From a virus (lineage: Duplodnaviria > Caudoviricetes), in the IMG/VR virus record IMGVR_UViG_3300031992_000090, positions 1,401 through 65,400 of that record: DNA of 64,000 nt; one strand, written 5' to 3'. A program made the position numbers and the translations under genes. How positions within the stretch are numbered: the stretch's first letter is position 1; each line of letters starts with the position of its first letter. This document shows positions 1 through 10,200 of this stretch, one piece after another. A model generated the notes under the pieces. It was given only the letters and a program-made list of their open reading frames with translations. It ran no database searches and was not told the origin of the DNA.

Positions 1-225
1 TGCAAAGTTAAGACTGACGGGATTCAGTTACTTCTGATTGATATGGACGGACAGCATCTGTATGAGCGGTTTGTACCAGATGAGGAACCAGTAAGATTGA
101 AAAGACTGGGGCGTCAGCGTTCGTGGCGTCTGTCTTTCACAGGAACCGGCACAGTGGAATACGCTGCGCTGGGTATGCTTTTAAACACACTTGAGGGAAA
201 TACTAACAATGGCACTGCAATATAA
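1..225 (+). CDS. 3' end (partial) of a tail/nozzle (stabilisation-type) protein
   Basis: Frame 1 is open from base 1 to the stop at 225. It precedes the acetyltransferase-like and ejection genes. Probably the C-terminus of the gene that starts at 63772 (inference from circular gene order). Confidence 0.5.
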   Translation, partial: CKVKTDGIQLLLIDMDGQHLYERFVPDEEPVRLKRLGRQRSWRLSFTGTGTVEYAALGMLLNTLEGNTNNGTAI

Positions 226-658
226 ATACTTAGAGCGTCCTAAGGACGTAGATACCTGTATTAAACTTCTGCATGACGACATCATTCCGCTACTTAAAGA
301 GCACTGGGATAGAGACGGTCTGCCGTTTTACGAACGACCTTTTGAGCTTAATGTAGAAGCTTTTGCACGTCTGTGGGTAACACAGGGCATTTCAATTGTG
401 CTTGCCTATGACAATGGTACAGCCGTAGGTATATTTGTAGGTGTGCGCTTTACTCCTATGAACTTTGGCGTAAAGGTTCTACAGGTTGAAAATTGTTATG
501 GGCGTACTACCGAAATTGAATCTGGACTCTATAATTATATAAAGAGCATCCGTAGCATACTTGGTTTCGAGGAGCTGTGGGTCGCAACAGATTCAAATCA
601 TACACCAGACTGCTTTGAGAAAATTCCTAAGGTGTCTGAGATTGTGCGTTATAAATAG
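209..658 (+). CDS. GNAT-like acetyltransferase-fold virion assembly protein
   Basis: ATG 209 after GAGGG. Pattern SIVLAYDNGTAVGIFVG...VLQVENCY resembles a GNAT beta-core. Position between tail and ejection genes is typical of podoviruses. Confidence 0.45.
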   Translation: MALQYKYLERPKDVDTCIKLLHDDIIPLLKEHWDRDGLPFYERPFELNVEAFARLWVTQGISIVLAYDNGTAVGIFVGVRFTPMNFGVKVLQVENCYGRTTEIESGLYNYIKSIRSILGFEELWVATDSNHTPDCFEKIPKVSEIVRYK

Positions 659-666
659 GTTAGCGT

Positions 667-1485
667 ATGACGGCGGCAAACTATAATTACACCTACGATA
701 ATAAAGTCGATCAGAAGTGCAACAAAGGCATTGATGATGACGGCAAGGGTTTGCTCTCCAATTTGTGGAGCTTAGTCCCTGCGGTAGTTGCTGCCTATAA
801 TACTGGGCAGGCGATTGACTATGCTTTGAAGCAGTACGATATTGCCAAGACCTATCTGAAAATATCCCAGTGGTGGCGTGGTTACTACAATGCCTACTTC
901 AAACCGCTTGAAGATCAGGAATTGTCAGATACTATGGCGCTGACGGAGACTACGCCGTATTACGACACTATGCGTGGCAGAGCACAGACGATTGGCAGGA
1001 TTCAGTTCAAGAATGCCGCTAATCAGGCAGTACAGTGTACCTCAGAATACTGCACTGGACTCAGACAGCAGTTACTGTTTGAGACTTCTGAGAAGGAAGC
1101 CAGAGCTATAGCTACACTGACTGGTGCCGGGTACCGCAATGAGAGATCTTACTATGAGGCACGTTCTGATGTACGCTGGAAACGTATGATAGCGACCGCT
1201 ACTCGTGGTAGAGATATGCAGGCTAATGCCGTCAATTCAGCACAGCTTGCCTACGGCATTTACGGAGACTTGGGACAGCAGGCGGCTGAGGGTGCTGTCG
1301 GTGCGGCAGCTGCCTTTAGTTATTTTGAGAACCGTAACAATACGCTATATCCTGGTTTCAGGCGTGGCACCTTAAACAGACAGCAGTCTACTCAGGCTGG
1401 TACTGCGGGGGCTAATCCAAGTTCAGGATATGTACAGAACGCCAACGGCAATTTAGTAGCTGCAGATCCGCAGCAGATGGGATAG
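667..1485 (+). CDS. Putative internal virion (ejection) protein 1
   Basis: Ala/Gln-rich helical 272-aa ORF in the ejection cluster; paralogous to the next ORF. Confidence 0.55.
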   Translation: MTAANYNYTYDNKVDQKCNKGIDDDGKGLLSNLWSLVPAVVAAYNTGQAIDYALKQYDIAKTYLKISQWWRGYYNAYFKPLEDQELSDTMALTETTPYYDTMRGRAQTIGRIQFKNAANQAVQCTSEYCTGLRQQLLFETSEKEARAIATLTGAGYRNERSYYEARSDVRWKRMIATATRGRDMQANAVNSAQLAYGIYGDLGQQAAEGAVGAAAAFSYFENRNNTLYPGFRRGTLNRQQSTQAGTAGANPSSGYVQNANGNLVAADPQQMG

Positions 1486-1489
1486 TAAA

Positions 1490-2359
1490 ATGGCTGCATG
1501 TATAGCTGCAACTGACGCGCGAGTAACTATCGCAAATGCTTCTGATGTAGGTTCTAAAGCTGGTGATACAGTATCCAAGAGTATCTCTGACGCTCGTGAT
1601 AAACAGCACGCAGATCTTGAACCGATAGCGCGCCGTATGTGCTCATGGGCGGCACCTGAGTATGGTACAGTCGGTGAGAGCTGGGACAGGAAAGCTATGC
1701 TGGCCGCTCAGATTGCTATCTATGCGTCTATCATAGGACTTAATACCTATATTCAGAATAAGAACCACGACATTGCCAGTTCTTATGCCGATATATCCAA
1801 AGACAAGTGGAACAGATTTAAGGATGCTTACGCTGCGCTCGAGAAAAAGATGATTGCGGAAGCTCAGAATACTCCTGAGCCTGTGGTAGATTACGGGGAT
1901 GCACGTAATAGAGCACGTAACGCTGTGAACTTTGCGTTCAATTCTGCTAAGTCAAGTATGACCCGATATGCTAAACTATACGCATTGTGTATGGATGACA
2001 GCTTGGATTTGGCATATGCTAAGTCAATTATGCTTGACGATACAGCTAACTATAATTACAGAAATGATGAGAATTTCCGAGACTATAAATCTGACAAACG
2101 CTGGAACCGCAGATCTGACATTCTGAACTTAGGTAGAAACACACAGGCTACAGCTTTTAGTTACGCACAGCACGCAAGCGAAGCGTTCGCAGGACTTGCA
2201 GGTGCTATAGCTCAGGCAGGTAATGGTTTATCAGGTTTATTTGGTTATCTGTTAAACCGGAACGAGACAGTATATCCTGCACAGTTCTCACAGGCGTCGC
2301 TGTTTGGCAACGGGTTCACAGTAGCCGGTGGGTTCAATCAAACCACAGTAGGTTTTTAG
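1490..2359 (+). CDS. Putative internal virion (ejection) protein 2
   Basis: 289 aa; shares RN(E/D)..SD.RW.R..GR..QA.A..AQ.A and NRN.T.YP motifs with 667..1485. Confidence 0.55.
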   Translation: MAACIAATDARVTIANASDVGSKAGDTVSKSISDARDKQHADLEPIARRMCSWAAPEYGTVGESWDRKAMLAAQIAIYASIIGLNTYIQNKNHDIASSYADISKDKWNRFKDAYAALEKKMIAEAQNTPEPVVDYGDARNRARNAVNFAFNSAKSSMTRYAKLYALCMDDSLDLAYAKSIMLDDTANYNYRNDENFRDYKSDKRWNRRSDILNLGRNTQATAFSYAQHASEAFAGLAGAIAQAGNGLSGLFGYLLNRNETVYPAQFSQASLFGNGFTVAGGFNQTTVGF

Positions 2360-2368
2360 GAGGGTGCT

Positions 2369-2890
2369 ATGCCAATCTTTATTCCTGATTTATTCGGTGG
2401 CTATCTGAAAGGGCGCCAGGCAGCTATTGCAGACAACTGGACTGACTTAAACCAGTTTAATAAGGTGCTCGGCGGTCAGATGCAGAACGCCTACAATCAG
2501 CAGACTATGGCAGACAGAGCACGTATGTCCAATGCAGCTGCAAATATATCGGACATGAACCAGGCCGTAACCGGAGCTACGGCTGACCAGCAGTTAGGTC
2601 TAATTCAGCAGCAGAAATTACAGCGTTTGAATGAGTTGAAAGCCGCAGCTGATGCGGCACAGCTTAGATATCAGACTGCGCTTGCGGAATACAATCAGCA
2701 GAATTTAGATCTTGATACTGCAGTTAAGAGAGCACAGGCTTTAAACGCTGCGATGAACCCACAGTCAGCCCAATCTCAGCAGGGTGGTACAGGTAGCGCC
2801 GGTAGCACAGGTGCCGCAGGTGGCACCGGTAGTGTGTCTATTGGATTGAATCAAACACCAATGGGCACTGGTTATGGTACTAATCAGTAA
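2369..2890 (+). CDS. Putative ejection protein, Gln/Ala-rich coiled coil
   Basis: 173 aa, N-terminal LFGGYLKG followed by a Q/A-rich helix; position in the cluster. Confidence 0.5.
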   Translation: MPIFIPDLFGGYLKGRQAAIADNWTDLNQFNKVLGGQMQNAYNQQTMADRARMSNAAANISDMNQAVTGATADQQLGLIQQQKLQRLNELKAAADAAQLRYQTALAEYNQQNLDLDTAVKRAQALNAAMNPQSAQSQQGGTGSAGSTGAAGGTGSVSIGLNQTPMGTGYGTNQ

Positions 2891-2907
2891 TGACATAGGG
2901 TAGAGCT

Positions 2908-4185
2908 ATGGCAAAGTATGATCCGAAACTAACACAGCTTGTAGATCAGGCACTGGATACTCCTCAAGCAAAAGCTTTCCTCGATATGATACAGGCATCT
3001 GAGGGAGGTGCGTTCGACCGTACTTTCGGCAATGAGCAGTTTACTGACTTCTCCAAGCACCCGAATAAATCTGTAGCCTTTACCGATAAGAACGGCAGAC
3101 AGTCCTACTCCACAGCGGCAGGTGCATATCAGATTTTAAAGCCTACATGGGACGACATTTCAGGCAGAATAAATGCTAAAGATTTCTCAGAGCGCAATCA
3201 GCGCAGAGCCGCTTTAGCTTTAGCTTTCCAGAAACCTGGCATGTATCAGGCGATTATGCAGGGCGATCTGAATAAGATTGTAGACGGTGCCAACAGCATC
3301 TGGACGTCTCTCCCTAATTCCGCAGAAGGACTGAAACGCCACGCTGTCCGTTCAGGTGACTATATTACCCGTGCTTATAATTCTGCCCGTCAGAGTTATG
3401 GTCTGCCTACTGTGGCAGGCTATCAGGGCAGTACTGCAACCGGTGCTGCAATCTCTCCTATGAGCAGCAACCAGAATTTCTTTGCCAATATGGCAATGAA
3501 CTCAATCGGTGGTACAGGCTCTTTCTACGACCGAGCAATGGATACGATCCGCAATAAGACATGGTCAGATCCGGGCAGTATCCCATTTGAGATGATGAAC
3601 AGTAACGTAGGCAACCGTACTGTGTTCGGCGCACCTGACCTTACCAATCCTCAGAATGTAGACCGTCTGTTAAACCGTCTTGAAGATACAGATCCTACCC
3701 ATCAGTATGGGCTGTCTTTCACTGACAACGGTCTGCGTCCTACTGTTTCAGTACAGGATACACAGGGTCGCAGAGTAGATATGATAGAGAACCAGCAGGG
3801 GAATATTGCCCGTGCCTTTGTAGACGGTAAGCCTGTAGATCCGTCCGCTATCTCTATTGCACCGTCCTCAGCTCCTATCACACCTGTACAGGCTACGCTT
3901 GCTCCTCAGGCGCAACAGACTGTCATGCCTACTCCTGATATGCTGCAGCCAGACGAGGCTATTGTCCCAGTCCAGCCGCGCAATCTAGCTGTATCAGGGG
4001 GAACATCTGCAGCAGGGGATATCCCTCTCCCTGTGAACGCTGCTGCTGTTGTTCCCCCTGATACTCCTATTACACCTGTGTCGCTGTCACAGCAGTTAGC
4101 CGCAGCCATAGGCGGCGATCCTCTCACTCGTGCTCTTAATGAGAACAGAGATCCTAATGATTTAGCACGTCAGTTATTCGCCTAA
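2908..4185 (+). CDS. Virion-associated lytic transglycosylase (lambda R-like muramidase domain plus Pro-rich tail)
   Basis: AFLDMIQASEG ... STAAGAYQILKPTW motifs are characteristic of lambda-type lysozymes; lies in the ejection cluster. Confidence 0.75.
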   Translation: MAKYDPKLTQLVDQALDTPQAKAFLDMIQASEGGAFDRTFGNEQFTDFSKHPNKSVAFTDKNGRQSYSTAAGAYQILKPTWDDISGRINAKDFSERNQRRAALALAFQKPGMYQAIMQGDLNKIVDGANSIWTSLPNSAEGLKRHAVRSGDYITRAYNSARQSYGLPTVAGYQGSTATGAAISPMSSNQNFFANMAMNSIGGTGSFYDRAMDTIRNKTWSDPGSIPFEMMNSNVGNRTVFGAPDLTNPQNVDRLLNRLEDTDPTHQYGLSFTDNGLRPTVSVQDTQGRRVDMIENQQGNIARAFVDGKPVDPSAISIAPSSAPITPVQATLAPQAQQTVMPTPDMLQPDEAIVPVQPRNLAVSGGTSAAGDIPLPVNAAAVVPPDTPITPVSLSQQLAAAIGGDPLTRALNENRDPNDLARQLFA

Positions 4186-4235
4186 ATTGTATTTGTTGAC
4201 ATATAATATAAATATATTTCAATGAGGGAATTTAT

Positions 4236-7200
4236 ATGCCATCGTCTAATTATGATGTCCCAAAGCCGGTCGGCTCTTTACCTAAACCAATAGACTACAG
4301 TTCCTCCAGCGGCGGTCGTTCATCTGCCGCTGCCGTCAACGATCCAATGCGACTTGCGCAGGAGATGGCACGTAATCAGAGACGTGCGCAGGCGCAGGCT
4401 AACAGGAAACCTACCAAGAAAGAGCAGGAAGAAGCTTTAAAGAACGCCAAAGAACAGCTGCTGACAAGTGCTGAACTGGAAGCACAGCAGTTAATTGACA
4501 ACGATCCAACTTACAGGAACGGAACCTATCAGCGTAAGAACGAGCTGTTAGACCATTACGAGAAGAATATCCTCCCGCAGATTTTGGCAGCTAATCCTTT
4601 ATTACGTGATGACGCTGTTCTGCGTGCCAATGTCCAGAGCAGAATTAAATATGTCTTTGACAATGCCCGTAAGGATAACGAGACTGCGTCCAATTTCAGT
4701 ATGGCTCAGGAGGCGTGGGCTTTAGGACAGTCACTTGGTCGTGGTGGTGACATTGCTTATGACAGCGCATCTACACTTGCGCAGGCTTTAAGAAACGCAT
4801 CACGTACGGCGGCTGATGATGAGCGTGCTCGTGTTATAAAACAGATTGAGGATAATTACAATACTCAGCTTGATGAACTGAATACCAGACAGCAGATGTT
4901 CAATGGTGATCCGGATACACAGAACGCTATTGAACAGCAGAAACAGCAGTTAATCAGAAACCGTAACGACAGTATGCGTCGTCTGGAGGAGAACACAGCC
5001 AGACTGCGTGCTGACGATGCCAAGCAGATTGCACTTGAGACTCAGGAACTTCTGAAAGAATATGCGAAAACTGCAGAGAATGAGCAGGCTCGTCGTGCAA
5101 GTAACGAGGCCTATAGAGAAACACAGTTAAGACAGGACGAGATTCAAGATAAGTCCTGGGGTCTTTCCAGGAACAATCGTAAAGTAGCAACCATAGCCTC
5201 ATGGCTTTTGGAACAGGTACCTCAGTTAGCTGTTACGATTGGTCTGACAGCAGCAGGTTCAGCAGTAGGTGGCGGTGCGGGAGCTGCTACCATGCTGGGT
5301 CTTACCAGTGCTGTTCAGGGTATGGGTGATGCTGGTATGCAGATATTCAGCGATATCATCAATACTCCAACTGAACAGCTTAAAAACTCTGAGGACTATC
5401 AGGAGATTTACCGCAATCTAGAGGGAAAGTATAAAGATCCTGTAGAGCGTGAACAGCTGGCAAAAGCCTATCTTGCCTACAATGCTATGAGCGAGGCTTT
5501 ACCTACAGCCGGTGCTGTATCAGGTGCGCTGTCATTCTTAGGACCAGAAGCTTTAGTTACAAAAACAGGTGTGTTCAATCGTCTGTTAGACAGTAAATTG
5601 CTGAACGCTACCAATTACAAAGGTTTCAATCTTCCTGGTATAGATAGACTCGTCCAGGTATCTCCTACTGCTGCCGTACGTACTAATGCTGCCGCTAACG
5701 CTATAGCGCAGCGCGCTCCACGAGCTGGTGCTATGGCGATACTTGGCGGTGCCGGTGAAGTTCCTGAGGAAGTAGCGCAGCAGGTTCTAGGCAATGTAAC
5801 CTACAGTGATGCTACCGGTATTCAGCGTGATCCATTTGAGGGTGCAGGACAGGCAGCCCTGCAGGCCTTTGCTACAGGCGGTCTTGTCGGTGGTATCGGT
5901 GGATTGTTAACCAGTCCTAGTGTAGCTCCGGAAACCGCAGGCACCACAGGAGCAGGACAGACTGGTGCTCAGACACAGCCAGCTCTGCCACAGCAGGCAC
6001 AAGCTGATACAACATTTACAGGAGAGTATCAGCCAGGTTATCGCTCGACAGATCTTGGTACACCACCTAGACAGGGACAGACTATAAATGTTCCACCTGA
6101 TATGCAGCAGCCGTTACTTTCTGACCAGCCTAGACTTACGGCACCACAGAATACAGCTGTACAGAATACAAACGTACAGACCGGCACAAATGCGCTGACT
6201 ATGCAGGGCAGACTCCCCGCTCCTCCGCAGCAGCTGCCTAATATGCCAGCTCCATTGAACGCCGCTGAACAGGCACAGGCTAACCAGATTCAGACCATGC
6301 TCACTGAGCCTGTCATTACACCTCCGCTTACTGATGCGCAGTCTCAGGCTATTCAGGCTGTACGCAATATGCTGACTGAGTCTGCTCCTACATCAGTAGA
6401 AGGCAGCATCGCTAACATGATGGCGTCAGGACAGCTTAACCCTGCGGCCATAAACACAGCCAGCGGACCTACTGAACAAGCCGTCGCTAACATGATGGCT
6501 CGTGCTCCTACGCCTGTAGAGGGCAGCATCGTTAATATGCTGGCATCGGAACAGCCTAACCCTGCTGCAGTTGCGAACACAAACAACGGACTGACCGAAC
6601 AGGACATCGCTAACATGATGGCTCCTGCTCCTACTGTAGAGGGCAGTATCCGTAATATGATGGGTACAAATCAGGTAAACCCTGCTGCAGCTGTCCTAGA
6701 TCCTAACAGCGGTCTGACTGCACAAGACATCGCCAACATGATGGCTCCTGCTCAGACGAGTACCGTAGCCAATACCTTACAGGAGACACCAAATGCTAAC
6801 CTCAGAACAAATCAGGGAATTGATCTTACAAATAGCCAGGCAACAGCCAATAGACCAGGAAACAGCCCTGCAATTGGATCCGAAAACTTTACGCCTGCTG
6901 CTGGAAGTAGTGCAGCAGCTCAGAGCGCAGGGACTGGCAGGACCTCACGTCAGGACGCCAGAACGCCTGCTGTGGATGTATCATCTAATCAAACAGAGAC
7001 TGGCGGGACAGGAAGCAGAGCCGGACGCCGACCAGATAATCCAGTCGCTGATACCACAGGCACGTCAGCAGATCTTGGGCAACGAGGCGGTGTTAGCCCG
7101 TCAGTCCAACGCACAGGCGATGGTGAACGCACAGAAGCAGATGGCAGCACTCAACCGGCCAGGTCTAATGTAACCAGTGACAGAACCGACCTGGGTGAGT

Positions 7201-10200
7201 CCGTTATGGACTTCTCCCCGGTTGATACATCGGAGGTTGACAACTTAGTTGCCGTTGCTGACACGTTAAAGCTTAACGCTGTGAACGTGGTATCTCCTGC
7301 CTACAGTCAGAGACTGCAGGATTTACAGAGGAATTTTACCGAGCAGGTAAACAGCGTGATTAAACAGTCAGGACAGAAACTAAGTCCTGACGATATAGCA
7401 GAGGCGGCCAATGCCTATGCGCAGTTAGTTATCCGTCTTGAGAACACGCTTGCTTACGTGACACAGGCCTCAATTGAGAACGGTGTTTTAAGTGACGTCC
7501 AGATACAGTTCAGTAATGACCTTGTTAACCGTGCCTATGGCAGATTCAATCCTGTTACCAAAGATTTACAGGTTTATTTCTACGAGAAAGACAAGCGCAA
7601 ACTTGCAGAGGTTATCAGTTCTACGACCTTTGCCCATGAGTACATGCACAACACAGTTGACTATGTACTAACTCATGTGAACTCTATACGCAGGCTGGCT
7701 GACAGCGGTAATGAGGCGGCCAGACAGTTCCTGCAGGATTTCAGCGACTTTGCGCACTACTGCGGTATTCCTGAGAATGTGGATCCATTCTGCGAGGCTA
7801 ACTGGTACAAGCAGGACAATGACAAGTTCCCGCATGAGAATGCCGCAATGCTGTTCGCTGATTACATAGTCGGCAACAAGCCGCTGCCTAGAGACACAGG
7901 ACTGAACCATCTCTACAGAGGTGCTACGAATTTTGCACGGCGTCTGCGTGACGGCTACCGTATGGTTATTAACTATATCAAACAGGTTATTGATTCGCTC
8001 AAAGCAATGTTTGAGTCCGGTAATGACCAGTTTGATTCTACCCATCAGAGCTTCGTAGCTAAGACCAAAGTAGATATAGCAGCCCATAATTTTCCGAACC
8101 AGGATCAGGTCTTTAACTTCTTTGACAAGCTCCTGAGTGATTTCTATGCTGACCTTGCGCATGAGCCTGTAGGTCCTGCGATTGAGCCTGACGACAATAT
8201 CGCAACTTTCGTAGGCGCACAGATAGACAGTTACAATATGGCAGGACAGTATGCAAGTGACGGCATGGACTTGCCTAATTCTATGCGCATGGCTGATGCT
8301 TATGTGGCTGAGTGTGTACGTGTGGCAAGTCTTACTGATGCAGAAAAGACATATGAAGCTGTACAGCGTCAGCAGGATCTAATAGCCAGCGCCATTGCTG
8401 AGGATCCAGGTCTATTGGTAAATTCAGCCGATGGTCAGACTGACCTTGAATCAGTTACGGTGGCCATGACCTCTGACACAGCTCCATATGACGCAGTCCA
8501 CGGGATTGTAGATCCTGTGATCCACGGTCTGTCCACTGTGAACGATCCGTCTATTGATGTAATGTCGCTTCCTGATAACAGCTACGAGATAGAGCCTATC
8601 TTCTCAGAAGAACAGGAACAGCAGATAAAATCAGAACTGACTGTGGCTATCAATGACGAGCTTGCCAATGGTCTGACAGGAGATTCAACTCCTGTTACCG
8701 AGCGTGAGTGGTTCAGTGCGTTTATCAACAACGGCGGTATCGTTGATGAGAACGGTTACCCACAGCCGCTCTACAGAGTAAACCACCAGCTTTCTACAAC
8801 ACCTAGCGGGAAAGAGCTTGAGACTGTAACCTACGGGCGTATGGAGAATCCTGTACGTGCAGGCGATAAGCTTGAGAATGTGGCGGCTTCGGAACGTGCA
8901 GCCGTACGAGACTTGATAAACCGTGTACAGACTGCGGTAAAGCAGAACAGACTTGATACCTTCGAGCCTACTGATAAAGACTTAGAGGCTCTGTTCAATG
9001 CGCAGATTGACGCCATCATTGCCCGTAATGCGGCAGGAGACGAGGTTTACTATATCCCAAGTCTGTTAAATGCCGCTGACTACGCCGAGATGGATCTCTA
9101 TGACTTTGGTCCTAATGTGGTCCGTCTGTCTGCCAGCCGTTACAATGCAATACTGCGCAGCCGTCCGCAGGCTAATCAGGCTGAACCTCAGACTGAGAGC
9201 GAACTGCAGGAGCAGCTGTCCCAGATTCTGCATCAGTTCCATCTTAAACAGGAGAGCCAGTTAAAAGACGGGCGTTATGCGCAGGCGGTACGAGTAGCTA
9301 ATGGCAGTAAGACTTTAGCTCAGGCTGAGGCTTACCGTACTGCAACTGTAGGACCGTACAGAGCCAACGGCTGGATGCGAGGCGCAACCCGTGTGCGTTA
9401 TGAGATAGTTGACGAGAACGCCTATTTCAGATTGTGGGTAATAGAATATTTTGCTACTACAGAAGGAGCGCTTGACAGCCATCCGCTTTACAGGACATAC
9501 GTCATTACACCGTCTCAGATCCGCGGCGCCAAGCAGGAACTGTACATGCGCTTTCAGCAGCCTATGAACCGCTGGATGCGTGAGAGAGCCAAAGAGTTCG
9601 GTATCAATGCTGATGTGTTTGCACATGACATAGGACAATTCTACACAGATCTGCATACCATTGAAGCCAATGTGCAGATGGAGAAAGAACTCAACGAAGC
9701 ACTGGCTAAAGCTCAGCTGGTTGAAGACCAGACTGAAAGAGCACAGGCGGTTAAGAACGCTCAGGATACTCTCAATAAATTCTACGAGCGCCAGAAAGAT
9801 AATACAAAGCGTTTTGGTATCCCAGGCGGCAAGTCAGTCGCTCAGTGCCGTACAGAGATGCAGGAGCTTGCCGCCAAGTATGGTGATGAGATTCTGCAGG
9901 ACGGCGTGGCTATGTTCCAGAAAACCATCAAAGATCTGGTAACTCTGCTGATTGAACGCGGCGTACTGTCTGAGGAATACGTAGCCTCGTTCGGTGACTG
10001 GTCGTTCTACTGTCCGTTAATCACCAAGGCAGGCTACAATGAGTCAGCTCCTAATGACGCTGCGGTTATGTTCCCGTCTAAACTTGACTATGCTCGAGAG
10101 GGATCTGAGCACCCTGCCGTTGACGCCTATACAGCCTTATCTTTCATCATCCATAAGAGCGGTAATGCTTTAGGATCTACAGCACTTGGACGTGAGGTTG

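Noticed and set aside
9661-9942. Second nested ORF in the giant gene
   Set aside because: No RBS; composition (W/R/S/C-rich) is typical of off-frame reading.
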